DNA of 64,000 nt, from assembly GCA_964513645.1 (NCBI GenBank), contig CAZENF010000003.1, forward strand, positions 127,914-191,913, given 5' to 3'. The position numbers and the translations under genes are program-made. The stretch is from an uncultured Candidatus Saccharibacteria bacterium. GTDB lineage: Bacteria > Patescibacteriota > Minisyncoccia > 2-02-FULL-40-12 > GWA2-44-9. Positions 38,301 through 47,140 of the stretch are shown here, piece by piece. A model generated the notes under the pieces. It had not been told where the DNA came from and did no database searches. It was given only the letters and a program-made list of their open reading frames with translations. Every line of letters begins with the position of its first letter. Position 1 is the stretch's first letter.

Positions 38301-38424
38301 AGAAATATCCGTTCAGATAAAAAACCGGGCATGGTCCGCCCCGGACGTTATTTCCGAGTTTCCGGAAAAACTACGCGGGTATTTTGTCCGGTCAATGGAT
38401 AATGCATTTGCCAATAAAATATAA
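35305..38424 (+). CDS. Polysaccharide pyruvyl transferase (WcaK-like) + oligosaccharide flippase + kinase-like domain fusion
   Basis: DKGDAA, GGGY, SVGPF, LREDVS, PDSAF, GTRFHA, YEHKT; DSLYRNSFYL multi-TM flippase; IGRGWQYTVY...DNFG...LIDLGE. Confidence 0.8.
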   Translation: MKFIIVNSFHRDDKGDAALTHVLIDQLLSIDPKADIAVSSMEEPSNYPSFYKGRNIGSIELYSSSQIHPGLSHIFYKVYSFLALFLTAEAGKKFSWVLSKDLAKIYEEYRIADMIISVGGGYFTTKPNFGSRLHLLFALETLMLCKRMGLKVVTAPVSVGPFQYSYEARYASRILKKMDLVMLREDVSKKYFVDKEDNLPENIIRVPDSAFAFNPEGDFDLRGLVKVKPEQKILILSVRNWLLSDKQSVYEKAHADLIDHIAQKYPDILPVFINQCTFPDVSEDDRLVVERIMAMSKSKKAAFIAEDLDYIKVKLAYKQADFVIGTRFHAMVFGLAYQVPGIAIEYEHKTRGIMRDLGLEEWVISISKVTSEKLIQLFGDIVKFREFYKEHLKKIMPGYSHSTDNAVNILLNVLRKRNEVYVPGKISQKINKIISKLYNDSLYRNSFYLILATAVLAGFGFFFWLISAHYISAEQIGIATALISAMNIIAILSLIGFDSAIVRFLWHSTKRNDKLNTAIILVGSAATLLSTAFLLFLPYISPKLEFIRNSPLTLFAFIIFCVMSSINILTDAVFLAYRKTDFSMIINTIFSFVKMLLPLLFVRWGAFGIFSAAAIGQSVGFILSIFAMIWKFDYKPKFVVNMEIVREVWDYCAANYVAGIFNLIPVMLLPIIITNHLGSAQAAYFYIVMMIANLLYVIPQAANRSLFAEGAFDEKSFHKNIDKAVKMIGILLLPAIIIFILGGNFILSFFGKNYSAEGINFFYLVIFSGLSVSMYSLSNSLYRVKKQLTPLIISNAVYAFTILATAYLLLDHGLVGIGLAWFAGNTLACVGYLFYMKEAEYKMIGRGWQYTVYDMGNSRVEKKYNSIFLSYFMMFKDAFRYLRMPDLAFRKYYRETQKIAMNSLEKVMASPLDKNLFGNPKMIGTVGYEQDHLKSLGKYFMEHSADESKDKIDRVVKFCLMLFEHSLAEKYFNIADNFGLDASGNIVLIDLGEIIDSREEISVQIKNRAWSAPDVISEFPEKLRGYFVRSMDNAFANKI

Positions 38425-38432
38425 ACTGAACC

Positions 38433-39638
38433 ATGAAAATATCCAACATTCGAACGAAGATAGATAGTGACACCGTTACTCTGATGGCCGACTGCAAGAT
38501 AAGGCCGGTAGGTATTGACACAGTATATTTTAAATTCCCACTTAAATATAGGAATTTTATCTATGAAGATGCAAGTCCTTTCGCTGCGGCTTTATTGATA
38601 CCTTCGATGTATTTTGATCAATCTCTCGAGATAGACGGAACGATAAGCGCCAAACTCTATGAAGGGATGCACAAGGCCCAAGACGTTCTTTTGGGCTGGA
38701 ACTTAAAAGACCCAAGGTTAAATAGAATAGAGATAAAAGTTAAGAATACTGCCAGGGATTCCGCATCTCCGGATAAAGTTGCAATGTTTTTTTCCGGAGG
38801 GGTGGACTCCTTTCATACTTTTCTTAAACATGAACATGACAAAATTGACCCCCTCACACACTTAATACTGGTTAATGGCAATGATATCGATATTCGCAAC
38901 AAACAATTATGGTCAGAAACAAGTGAGAGAATCGGAGCGGTCGCCAAAGAAACGGGCAAGGAAGTGATAGAAGTTGAAACAAACGTTCAGGTATTGACAG
39001 AGCCGATGTTAAACCCTGAATATACTCACGGTGGAAATCTCGGAGCGATGGGGTTATGCCTTCGAGGCGGACTTAAAAAAATATACATTGCTTCAACTTT
39101 CAGCTATGAACAGAATATGCCGTACGGTTCGAGTCCGGAGCTTGATTATTTATGGAGCAGTGAAGTTTTACAATTTGAACACGACGGTGCCGAAACCATA
39201 AGAGTTAAGAAAGTTGAGGATTTCATTGCCAAATCCCCGCTTGCATTGAAATATCTACGGGTCTGTAACCGCAATGTCAAAGGTACTTATAATTGCGGCA
39301 AATGTGAAAAATGTACCCGTACAATGCTTAACTTATATATGGCCGGGGCGTTGGATAAGGCACAAACTCTCCCGCATATTATTGATCCCAAACTTTTGGC
39401 ATGTAATGTTTCTCTCGATGGTCCAACCAACGACAGTTATACGCGACTTCATAAGACTATGATCGAAAAGAATATCGATAAAGAACTTCGGGATGCGGTT
39501 AAGTGGGGAGTAGATAATATGATAACAGTCTCTCAAACCCCTAAAGAAAAAATTATCCGCGGGATGATACGCCTTGACCATATGTATTTAAGAGGTTTCC
39601 TGTTCAAGATATGGTTAAGTATCGTTCATCCGTATTAA
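38433..39638 (+). CDS. PP-loop (adenine nucleotide alpha-hydrolase, QueC-like) protein of a glycan locus
   Basis: FFSGGVDS and C-terminal RVC...NCGKCEKC. Confidence 0.65.
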   Translation: MKISNIRTKIDSDTVTLMADCKIRPVGIDTVYFKFPLKYRNFIYEDASPFAAALLIPSMYFDQSLEIDGTISAKLYEGMHKAQDVLLGWNLKDPRLNRIEIKVKNTARDSASPDKVAMFFSGGVDSFHTFLKHEHDKIDPLTHLILVNGNDIDIRNKQLWSETSERIGAVAKETGKEVIEVETNVQVLTEPMLNPEYTHGGNLGAMGLCLRGGLKKIYIASTFSYEQNMPYGSSPELDYLWSSEVLQFEHDGAETIRVKKVEDFIAKSPLALKYLRVCNRNVKGTYNCGKCEKCTRTMLNLYMAGALDKAQTLPHIIDPKLLACNVSLDGPTNDSYTRLHKTMIEKNIDKELRDAVKWGVDNMITVSQTPKEKIIRGMIRLDHMYLRGFLFKIWLSIVHPY

Positions 39639-39741
39639 ACAGTAATAAACCTTGATAGTGTTACGGTAAAATATTTGTAAGAATAGTCATTTTTTCCACG
39701 TTTTTTAATTCGTTTTTTTAATGTAAATTTTAAAAAAATTA

Positions 39742-39768
39742 CGTAAGTTTTAAGCCGGAAAAACGTCT
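39742..39768 (+). promoter_or_regulatory. Putative ECF-sigma promoter CGTAAG-N16-CGTCT
   Basis: Same spacing and elements as the motif in front of the ECF sigma gene. Confidence 0.45.
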
Positions 39769-39794
39769 TGTAGAAACAGTTTTAAACTGCTACA

Positions 39795-42440
39795 ATGACA
39801 TCATTAAATTTAGCTTTTTCAGGCCAGGACTTACTATTTCCAATGAACAACAATTCGGAGGGAAAATTATACATTGCGGGTATCTTGGTTGCCTTGGCCG
39901 TCATAATATTGGCGGGATATTTCCTATCCCCGTTTTCGTTTACTTTTGATCTTGCTAATTTACACGGTTCTCTTCAGGGCGGGAAGAATCCTCAACAGTA
40001 CGCCGCTTTGGTTTCTCCCGGCCTTGATACAACTCCTCCGATTGTAAGTTCCTTCGATATGCAACCCCGGACTATCAGTGCGGGCAATTATGCCACCGCC
40101 TCTTTTAATGTTACCGACTCTGGTGGCTCTCATATTGTCCGTGTTGCTCTTAACCGTGCGCCGTATAGCTCCTCCGGTTGTAATGTCGCTGATAAGTCAA
40201 GTTGTGACTGGATAAGCGTTGCAAATTCAAATACTTCTTCTGGCCTCGATTCCTGGACCGGGACTTTGATGGATAACCCTGGCCAGGGTACTTGGTGGTA
40301 CGGTTTTATGGTGGTGGACGGTGCCAATAATTTCGGCTATGAACCGGCTACAGTCGAGGTCATAGTTACAGCTGCTGTTCCGACCCCGACTCCGGGTGCG
40401 GATACTATCAAACCCAAAGTAACTTCTTTTGATGTTCAACCCCGAAATATAAATGTTGGTAGCTCTGTTAAAGTTTCCTTTACAGTAGTTGATTCTGGTG
40501 GTTCACATTTGAGTCGTGTTGGTATCAATCGGGCTTTATATAATTCAACCAACTGCAATGCTTCGGTAAAAACCGGTTGTCAGTGGGTCAGTGGCGGAAG
40601 ATTGTATCCTACAAGCGGATTAGATTCATGGTCTTCAAGTGCTGATAATTCTCCTGCTCTTGGAACATGGTGGTATGGTATATATGTAACTGATAATGGC
40701 GGTAATTTCGGATACGAGCCATATCAGATACAGGTTATCGTAAATCCTGCCTCGACACCTACTGCAACTCCATCACCAACTGCGACTCCTACGCCCACAC
40801 CAACTCCGACACCGAGGCCGAGTTCAACGTCGGTTCCGACGCCTACGCCCGGTTCAGGAGGACCTGGACCTACTACGCCTCCGACACCTACTCCGACTCC
40901 GACACCTGTTCCGACCGGCAGCGACACTATAAGACCGAAAGTAAACGCTTTTGATGTTCAACCTCGAACCCTTAACGTTGGCGGTTCAGTTCTGGCAACC
41001 TTTACTGTTTCTGATACCGGTGGCTCTCACTTATCTAAAGTCGGCTTCAGTCGGGCATCATATAATTCTTCAAATTGCAGCGAAACAGTAAAAACCACCT
41101 GCCAGTGGGTCAGTTTAGCAAAGACAGCGACACCTTATACCGACAACTGGAATTCTTCCTGGGCCGATACTCCTTCCGCCGGAACCTGGTGGTATGGAAT
41201 GTCTGCGACAGATGGCGCCGGCAATGTTGGCTATGAACCGGCAACGCTCGAAGTGTTCGTGAATACTGTTTCTTCAACCCCGACTTCGACTCCTGTTCCG
41301 GTTCCTACTGCCACTCCAAGCCAAACTCCTGTTCCGACACCTGCCCCAACTCCAACTCCGATACCTACGCCCGTTCCTACGGCAATTCCGACACCGACTC
41401 CAACTCCGTCACCAACTGTAACCCAGAATTATTCTTTTGGTTTTTCTGTAGCTGAAAGTTTCCTACCTTTATCAAGTGCTGAACTAAATGCTCGTATGGA
41501 TGATTTAGTGGCTTTGCATATTGGCTGGCTAAGGTTTGATATCGACTGGTCATCAGTGCAAGGACTAAATTCAACAATCTTTGATTGGACAGCTATAGAT
41601 AATTTAATAAGTGCAGCCAATTCGCATCACATAAAGCTTATGCCGGTTATTGATTCGACTCCACCTTGGGCTCGGCCGGCTAATTGTACTTCTAATAAAT
41701 GGTGTCCGCCGGCTGATAATAATGCTTTCGCAAATTTTGCCAAAGCTGTTGTTCAACGTTATACACCTCAAGGAGTCCATACTTGGGAAATATGGAACGA
41801 ACCCAATATCAATAGTTTTTGGCAATCTGGCCCTAATTCATCAGCTTATGCAAATCTTTTGACGGCAACCTATAATGCGATCAAAAGCGTAGATTCTTCC
41901 GCAACTGTTATATCGGCAGGATTGGCTCCTGCCGCCACTCAAGGTTCAACTATATCGCCAGTAGATTTCTTAACCAGTATGTATCAGGCGGGAGCCAAAA
42001 ATTACTTTGACGCTGTCGGTTTTCATCCATATTCATTCCCGGCCATGCCTTCTTACTACGCGGTTTGGAATGCCTGGTCGCAGATGTCCTCTACACCCAC
42101 AAGTTTGCGAAGTGTAATGTCGGCCAACGGAGATTCGGCTAAACAGATATGGTTAACCGAATATGGCGCACCTACAGGAGGGCCAGGAGCCGTTGCAGAC
42201 GTTAATAATTATAACTTCTCGGCCAGCCCGGATCATGTTACCGAAGCATTACAAGCGTCGATGTATCAGGATTCTATTAATTTGGTCCGGGGCTATTCAT
42301 GGGCCGGACCAATGTTCTTCTATTCCTATAAAGACTTAGGTACCTCTTCGAGCACCAACGAGAACTTCTTTGGCGTAATAAGATATGACGGCACTCAAAA
42401 ACCGGCTTATCAGACGGTAAAACAACTACTCGCCCAATAG
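39795..42440 (+). CDS. Surface clan GH-A (GH5/GH39-like) glycoside hydrolase with three N-terminal repeats and Pro/Thr linkers
   Basis: TM; 3x FD.QPR...DSGGSH...C...C.W...GTWWYG...GYEP; WEIWNEPN and WLTEYG; alternative start ATG 39843. Confidence 0.8.
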   Translation: MTSLNLAFSGQDLLFPMNNNSEGKLYIAGILVALAVIILAGYFLSPFSFTFDLANLHGSLQGGKNPQQYAALVSPGLDTTPPIVSSFDMQPRTISAGNYATASFNVTDSGGSHIVRVALNRAPYSSSGCNVADKSSCDWISVANSNTSSGLDSWTGTLMDNPGQGTWWYGFMVVDGANNFGYEPATVEVIVTAAVPTPTPGADTIKPKVTSFDVQPRNINVGSSVKVSFTVVDSGGSHLSRVGINRALYNSTNCNASVKTGCQWVSGGRLYPTSGLDSWSSSADNSPALGTWWYGIYVTDNGGNFGYEPYQIQVIVNPASTPTATPSPTATPTPTPTPTPRPSSTSVPTPTPGSGGPGPTTPPTPTPTPTPVPTGSDTIRPKVNAFDVQPRTLNVGGSVLATFTVSDTGGSHLSKVGFSRASYNSSNCSETVKTTCQWVSLAKTATPYTDNWNSSWADTPSAGTWWYGMSATDGAGNVGYEPATLEVFVNTVSSTPTSTPVPVPTATPSQTPVPTPAPTPTPIPTPVPTAIPTPTPTPSPTVTQNYSFGFSVAESFLPLSSAELNARMDDLVALHIGWLRFDIDWSSVQGLNSTIFDWTAIDNLISAANSHHIKLMPVIDSTPPWARPANCTSNKWCPPADNNAFANFAKAVVQRYTPQGVHTWEIWNEPNINSFWQSGPNSSAYANLLTATYNAIKSVDSSATVISAGLAPAATQGSTISPVDFLTSMYQAGAKNYFDAVGFHPYSFPAMPSYYAVWNAWSQMSSTPTSLRSVMSANGDSAKQIWLTEYGAPTGGPGAVADVNNYNFSASPDHVTEALQASMYQDSINLVRGYSWAGPMFFYSYKDLGTSSSTNENFFGVIRYDGTQKPAYQTVKQLLAQ

Positions 42441-42441
42441 C

Positions 42442-42669
42442 TTGAATAAATACGAATTAAAACTTATTCGTTCGCTTAGTTTGACGTTGTTTGTTTTCAG
42501 TTTTGCCGGCTGGGTTTATATTGCCGGGAACGCGATATCTCATCCCTGGACCCTCGATATGCCGCTGACTCATTTTGTTGATTTTCCGCGCGAAGATACT
42601 TTTGGTGTGGCTTGTTTCGGGATATCTTTTGTCTCGTTTTTTATCTATAATCTCGTAAAAGAAAACTGA
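42442..42669 (+). CDS. Small two-TM hypothetical protein
   Basis: Fits exactly between the two GH genes (1-nt gaps); YIA.NA.SHP.TL..PLTH...PREDTFG. Confidence 0.6.
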   Translation: MNKYELKLIRSLSLTLFVFSFAGWVYIAGNAISHPWTLDMPLTHFVDFPREDTFGVACFGISFVSFFIYNLVKEN

Positions 42670-42670
42670 T

Positions 42671-43783
42671 ATGAAAAAGCATTTACTCAACAAAAAATTC
42701 CTGTACGGATTGGTTGTTCTTTTTTTTATCATTCTGGTATTTACTTGGTATTCCGTCAGGAGCATGCCGGTTGTCGTTAATTTAAAAACTCCTCAACCCG
42801 CAAAGCTTAATTACCGTTTCGGTTTATCGGTCAGCCAGTCCTTGCTTTATAATTTAACCGATAACGAACTCAATTCCCGTTTAGACGATATTGCATCGAT
42901 GAACATTGGTTGGCTAAGATTTGATATCGACTGGTCTTCTGTCCAGCCGTCCGGTCCGGATTATTATGACTGGTCAGAAATTGATCGTCTCGTTGCAGGT
43001 GCGAACGTGAGAAATATAAAGCTCTTGCCGATAATCGACAATGTCCCGGCTTGGGCCAGGATTTCCGGATGTCATACTGCCTGGTGTCCGCCGGCAGATG
43101 ACAATACTTTTGCTAATTTTGTGTCAACTGTTGTAAGGCGGTACTCCTCCAAAGGCATTACCACTTGGGAAATATGGAATGAACCGAATATGAGAGGATT
43201 CTGGAAACCTGTACCTAACCCTGGAGCATATGCCGAACTTTTAAGAGCAGTATTCTTGGTGATAAAAAAACAGGAATCTTCCGCGACCGTTATTTTGGGC
43301 GGTCTCGGTTCAGCTGACCCTGATTACGGTGATATTTATGCCGCCGGTTTTTTGTCGTCGATTTATAAAGCCGGAGCCGGGCCGTATTTTGATGCGGTTG
43401 CATTTCATCCATACTCTTATCCCGGTGAACCTTCCTCTGATTTTCCGAGGAACAGTTGGCCCCAGATGCTTCAGACCGGTTCGGGTTTGCTTAGCGTGAT
43501 GGCTTCGAACGGAGACTCGTATAAAAAAATATGGTTGACCGAATTCGGCGCGCCGACTGGCGGTCCTGATTCCGTAACCGAAGACGGGCAGGCCTCGATA
43601 ATTCAGGATGCTGTCGGCTTGTGGCGGAACTATGACTGGGCAGGGCCTTTGTTCGTCTATACTTATAAGGATTCAGGCACCAATCCCAACACCAATGAAA
43701 ATTTCTTCGGCCTCCTCCGTTATAATGGTACTCAAAAGCCTGCATATAATTTGCTCAAAAACTTTGCAACTACGGTAAAGTAA
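42671..43783 (+). CDS. Membrane-anchored clan GH-A (GH5/GH39-like) glycoside hydrolase, paralog of the upstream catalytic domain
   Basis: IGWLRFDIDWSSVQ, WEIWNEPN, FHPYS, WLTEFG, ENFFG shared with 39795-42440. Confidence 0.85.
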   Translation: MKKHLLNKKFLYGLVVLFFIILVFTWYSVRSMPVVVNLKTPQPAKLNYRFGLSVSQSLLYNLTDNELNSRLDDIASMNIGWLRFDIDWSSVQPSGPDYYDWSEIDRLVAGANVRNIKLLPIIDNVPAWARISGCHTAWCPPADDNTFANFVSTVVRRYSSKGITTWEIWNEPNMRGFWKPVPNPGAYAELLRAVFLVIKKQESSATVILGGLGSADPDYGDIYAAGFLSSIYKAGAGPYFDAVAFHPYSYPGEPSSDFPRNSWPQMLQTGSGLLSVMASNGDSYKKIWLTEFGAPTGGPDSVTEDGQASIIQDAVGLWRNYDWAGPLFVYTYKDSGTNPNTNENFFGLLRYNGTQKPAYNLLKNFATTVK

Positions 43784-43804
43784 AGCTCTGAATTCTCACT
43801 TTTT

Positions 43805-43829
43805 AAGGCGCCGCTTTACGCGGCGCCTT
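43805..43829 (+). terminator. Intrinsic terminator-like hairpin
   Basis: AAGGCGCCGC-tttac-GCGGCGCCTT after the glycan locus. Confidence 0.6.
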
Positions 43830-43918
43830 GCTTATTGACTCTAATTTTTTTTGTGATAAAATATAGCAGCGACAAAAGACCGCCATTGGCGGCTCTTACC
43901 GTCTATTTGGCCATATTT

Positions 43919-45331
43919 ATGGATATATTTGCGAGCGAAAAGAAGATATGCATTATCGGCTCCGGTCTGGTCGGGGCGCTTTTGGCTACGCTTTTGGCGG
44001 AAGCCGGTTTTGGGGTTGATGTGTATGAAAAACGGAATGATCCCCGGAAGATGAACGGAGGCGAAGGCCGGACGATAGCTTTGTCCCTGTCGGACCGCGG
44101 CTGGAAAGCTCTACGTTATGCCGGCCTCGAAAAAACTATCCGCCTCAACACCAATCCTGCCTACGGCCGTAGGATACATACCGGGAATGGCGAGGACCAG
44201 ATACAGAAATACGGCAGCGGTTCGGAAGCGATACACACCGTCAACCGGAGCTATTTAAATACCGTTCTGATAGAAAGAGCTCTCGAAACAAAAAAAGTTA
44301 ATTTCTTTTTCTCTTACGTCTGCGAAGACATCAAACAGGATACCGGTGAGATTATTTTTACGATCAACGGGACCGGCGAAAAGTTAAGCCGGAAATATGA
44401 CCACATTTTCGGCGCCGACGGAATGTTCTCTGTGGTCAGAAAGAGTTTTACTGATAAAAATTTGTTCAAGTTCGACGAATCTAAGTTGGAGGTCGGTTAT
44501 AAGGAAATGAGAATACCGGCCGACAGGAACGGGAATTCCGTTCTCGAGAAAAATCTCGTCCATGTCTGGCCACGCAAAAACTCGATGTTCATTTCATTTC
44601 CGACCAAGGCAGGGGAGTTCGTCTCAACTTTGTTCATGCCGGTAGCCGGCGAAGATTCCCTCGAGTCGATCAGCGACCCGGCCGCACTTAAAAACTTTTT
44701 AACCCGTGAATATCCTGAAATTATAAAATTGGTGCCGGATTTTGAGGAGCAATTTTTCAAAAATCCTTCCTCCCAGCTTTTCCAGGTCAAAGGCGGACCC
44801 TGGCATTACAAGGACAAAATACTTCTGATAGGTGATTCCTGTCATGCCATTACGCCTTTTTACGGCATGGGTATGAACATCGGTTTTGAGGACTGCACTG
44901 TTTTGCTCGACCTCCTAAGGAAAAATTCCTTTAATTTTGAAAAAGTTTTCGCCGAGTTCGGGACCTTAAGAAAACCTGACACCGATGCAATGACCGAACT
45001 CTCTCTCAACAACTTGAAAAGCATCAATGAAAGTCCAGACCCGGATTATCAGACCAAGTGGCTTATCGAAAGAAGGATATGGGAACTTTTTCCCAAACTC
45101 TGGACCCCGGCCTATGTGCTTATAGCTTTTTCACATGTTGCCTTGTCCAAGGTCGCCCAAATAAAAAAACAGCAGGACGGGATAGTTAACGAACTTGTTG
45201 TAAAATATCCGTCTATCCTTGATTTTACCGATAAAGAGCTTAAGATGGTTTTCAAACCGGTCTTTGCCGGATTTAACCGGACGATAAGACCCTTCAGTTT
45301 TAAGAGTTTTTTCAGGGCGAGCGTCTCTTAG
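43919..45331 (+). CDS. kmo: Kynurenine 3-monooxygenase-like FAD monooxygenase
   Basis: [63 protein letters not shown]. Confidence 0.7.
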   Translation: MDIFASEKKICIIGSGLVGALLATLLAEAGFGVDVYEKRNDPRKMNGGEGRTIALSLSDRGWKALRYAGLEKTIRLNTNPAYGRRIHTGNGEDQIQKYGSGSEAIHTVNRSYLNTVLIERALETKKVNFFFSYVCEDIKQDTGEIIFTINGTGEKLSRKYDHIFGADGMFSVVRKSFTDKNLFKFDESKLEVGYKEMRIPADRNGNSVLEKNLVHVWPRKNSMFISFPTKAGEFVSTLFMPVAGEDSLESISDPAALKNFLTREYPEIIKLVPDFEEQFFKNPSSQLFQVKGGPWHYKDKILLIGDSCHAITPFYGMGMNIGFEDCTVLLDLLRKNSFNFEKVFAEFGTLRKPDTDAMTELSLNNLKSINESPDPDYQTKWLIERRIWELFPKLWTPAYVLIAFSHVALSKVAQIKKQQDGIVNELVVKYPSILDFTDKELKMVFKPVFAGFNRTIRPFSFKSFFRASVS

Positions 45332-45339
45332 TCAGTACT

Positions 45340-46470
45340 ATGAATTCAAGTTTTAATAAAGATCTTACCAAAAGATTTATTATCGCTTTTTATGTTGGGG
45401 CGTTTTTGGCGTCTTATATCATCCAGCCCTTGATATTTTCTGTTTCGGCTCACGACAGCCCAGATTATGAATGTAAGGACCGCGGTTTTGACTTTGGTAT
45501 TGTAAAATACGATTCAGGCGGTACGGGTCCGGATACTGACGGCGCTTCCGGTTCAGACGGATACCAAACCGGCGTTGAATGGGACGGCAATATCGTGAAA
45601 TGGAATTCCGATCCGGGTGTATCCGGCGTGATAACCAAAGAGGGCGATATTTCTTATGTTAATTCGGGCGGCAGTCGGGGCAGTATTACCCAACACGGCC
45701 AGTATCCTTTTAGCCATATAACTTTTTGCGGAAAAAACTTTCATCCGACTCCGACACCGAGTCCAGTTTGTACGCCTTCTTCAACCCCGACACCTCGACC
45801 GACCACCACTCCGCATCCTACTTATACGCCGACTCCTCATCCAAGTGTAGGTCCAACTCCGACTCTAAGCCCGCTTCCTTCAGTCACTCCAAGTCCTTCA
45901 CCCTCGCCAACATCAATGCCTACTCCGATACCCACACCTTCAGCAATTCCCTCTGTAACCCCAACACCAACTCCTACGCCTTCAACAACTCCGATGGTCA
46001 CGGCTACACCTTCGCCAACTCTTGAACCTTCGGTAACTCCTGAAGTAACACCTGACCCTTCTGATACACCGATTCCGACTCCGGACCCTTCTGATACACC
46101 AACTCCGACCAATATACCTAATCCAAATCCGCCCCCTCCGCCTATCGGCGGCGGATGTTACGGCTGTGAACCTTATGTTCCGCCAAGTCCGTCTCCGATA
46201 CCCGGTGAGGGTTCTGTAGTAACTCCGACTCCGACGCCGGACTCCTCCGGTTCCCAGCCGTCCCAAAGCTTTGGCGGGCAGTTTGTTCCGGTATTACCGC
46301 CTCAGGTTTTTGGTTACTCAACTTGTTGCCTTCCTGATACTGATTCATCTTTGTTCGAGAGATTTATGATATCCATATTTACCGCCTCGGCCATGACGGG
46401 ACTCCTAATGATGATAATTGGTTTTGACCTCCTGCCTAAGTTTTTGCTCTCAACCGGCTATAAAAATTAA
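45340..46470 (+). CDS. Pro/Thr/Ser-rich secreted protein, probable sortase substrate
   Basis: Signal-like N-terminus, long PT/PS stalk, LPDTD then hydrophobic segment; immediately upstream of a sortase. Confidence 0.7.
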   Translation: MNSSFNKDLTKRFIIAFYVGAFLASYIIQPLIFSVSAHDSPDYECKDRGFDFGIVKYDSGGTGPDTDGASGSDGYQTGVEWDGNIVKWNSDPGVSGVITKEGDISYVNSGGSRGSITQHGQYPFSHITFCGKNFHPTPTPSPVCTPSSTPTPRPTTTPHPTYTPTPHPSVGPTPTLSPLPSVTPSPSPSPTSMPTPIPTPSAIPSVTPTPTPTPSTTPMVTATPSPTLEPSVTPEVTPDPSDTPIPTPDPSDTPTPTNIPNPNPPPPPIGGGCYGCEPYVPPSPSPIPGEGSVVTPTPTPDSSGSQPSQSFGGQFVPVLPPQVFGYSTCCLPDTDSSLFERFMISIFTASAMTGLLMMIIGFDLLPKFLLSTGYKN

Positions 46471-46479
46471 ATTTTTTTA

Positions 46480-47118
46480 ATGACGATGCCTAAACCGCTA
46501 TATTTTAAGATAGGATTGATATTGTTGCTGGTGGGTGTTGCCGGAATTCTTTTGCCTTTTATTTCTTTCGGCGTTTCGGACGATTATGCCACTCTCGAAG
46601 TAATAGCCCAAAATGAAGAAGCGCAAAATTCTCAAAACAAATTTCTTCAGCAGGTGAGTATAAGCCTGGCAACACCGACTCCTGTTCCGTCGGTCAAATT
46701 TGACCCGAACCACCTTAATGTTACCGATCGGCTGGTCATTTCAAAGATAGGCGTCGATATGCCATTGTTTGAATCTGATAAACTGTCGATACTCTGGAAA
46801 GGCGGCTGGGTTTTCCCGGGTACATCCACTCCGGATAAAGGAGGGAATACGGTAATTTTCGGACACCGTTTCCGTTATCTTCCGCCGATAAACAATACTT
46901 TTTTCTCTTTAGATAAGATACAAATGGATGATACTTTCACGGTTGTCTGGAAAGGGACGATATATCACTACCAGGTTATCGATAAAAAAGTCATCGAGCC
47001 GAGCGATTTTTCCATTTTAAGCCAGAGTTCCGAACAGGAAGTAACCCTGGTAACCTGTACACCCTTATGGACAAGCAAACAACGCCTGGTCGTAGTCGGC
47101 AAACTTTTGCCAAATTAA
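46480..47118 (+). CDS. Sortase
   Basis: GNTVIFGHR, TLVTCTP...RLVV catalytic His/Cys/Arg. Confidence 0.9.
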   Translation: MTMPKPLYFKIGLILLLVGVAGILLPFISFGVSDDYATLEVIAQNEEAQNSQNKFLQQVSISLATPTPVPSVKFDPNHLNVTDRLVISKIGVDMPLFESDKLSILWKGGWVFPGTSTPDKGGNTVIFGHRFRYLPPINNTFFSLDKIQMDDTFTVVWKGTIYHYQVIDKKVIEPSDFSILSQSSEQEVTLVTCTPLWTSKQRLVVVGKLLPN

Positions 47119-47140
47119 AAACCGCAGGACAAAGGCGGTT

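Noticed and set aside
38433-39638. queC linked to tgt as a 7-deazaguanine DNA-modification system
   Set aside because: No queD/queE/folE/dpd genes nearby; the PP-loop gene sits in a glycan operon >12 kb from tgt
40750-46250. Repetitive CCGAC/ACTCC-rich DNA as a CRISPR or tandem array
   Set aside because: Explained by Pro/Thr codon runs in protein linkers; no constant repeat with unique spacers
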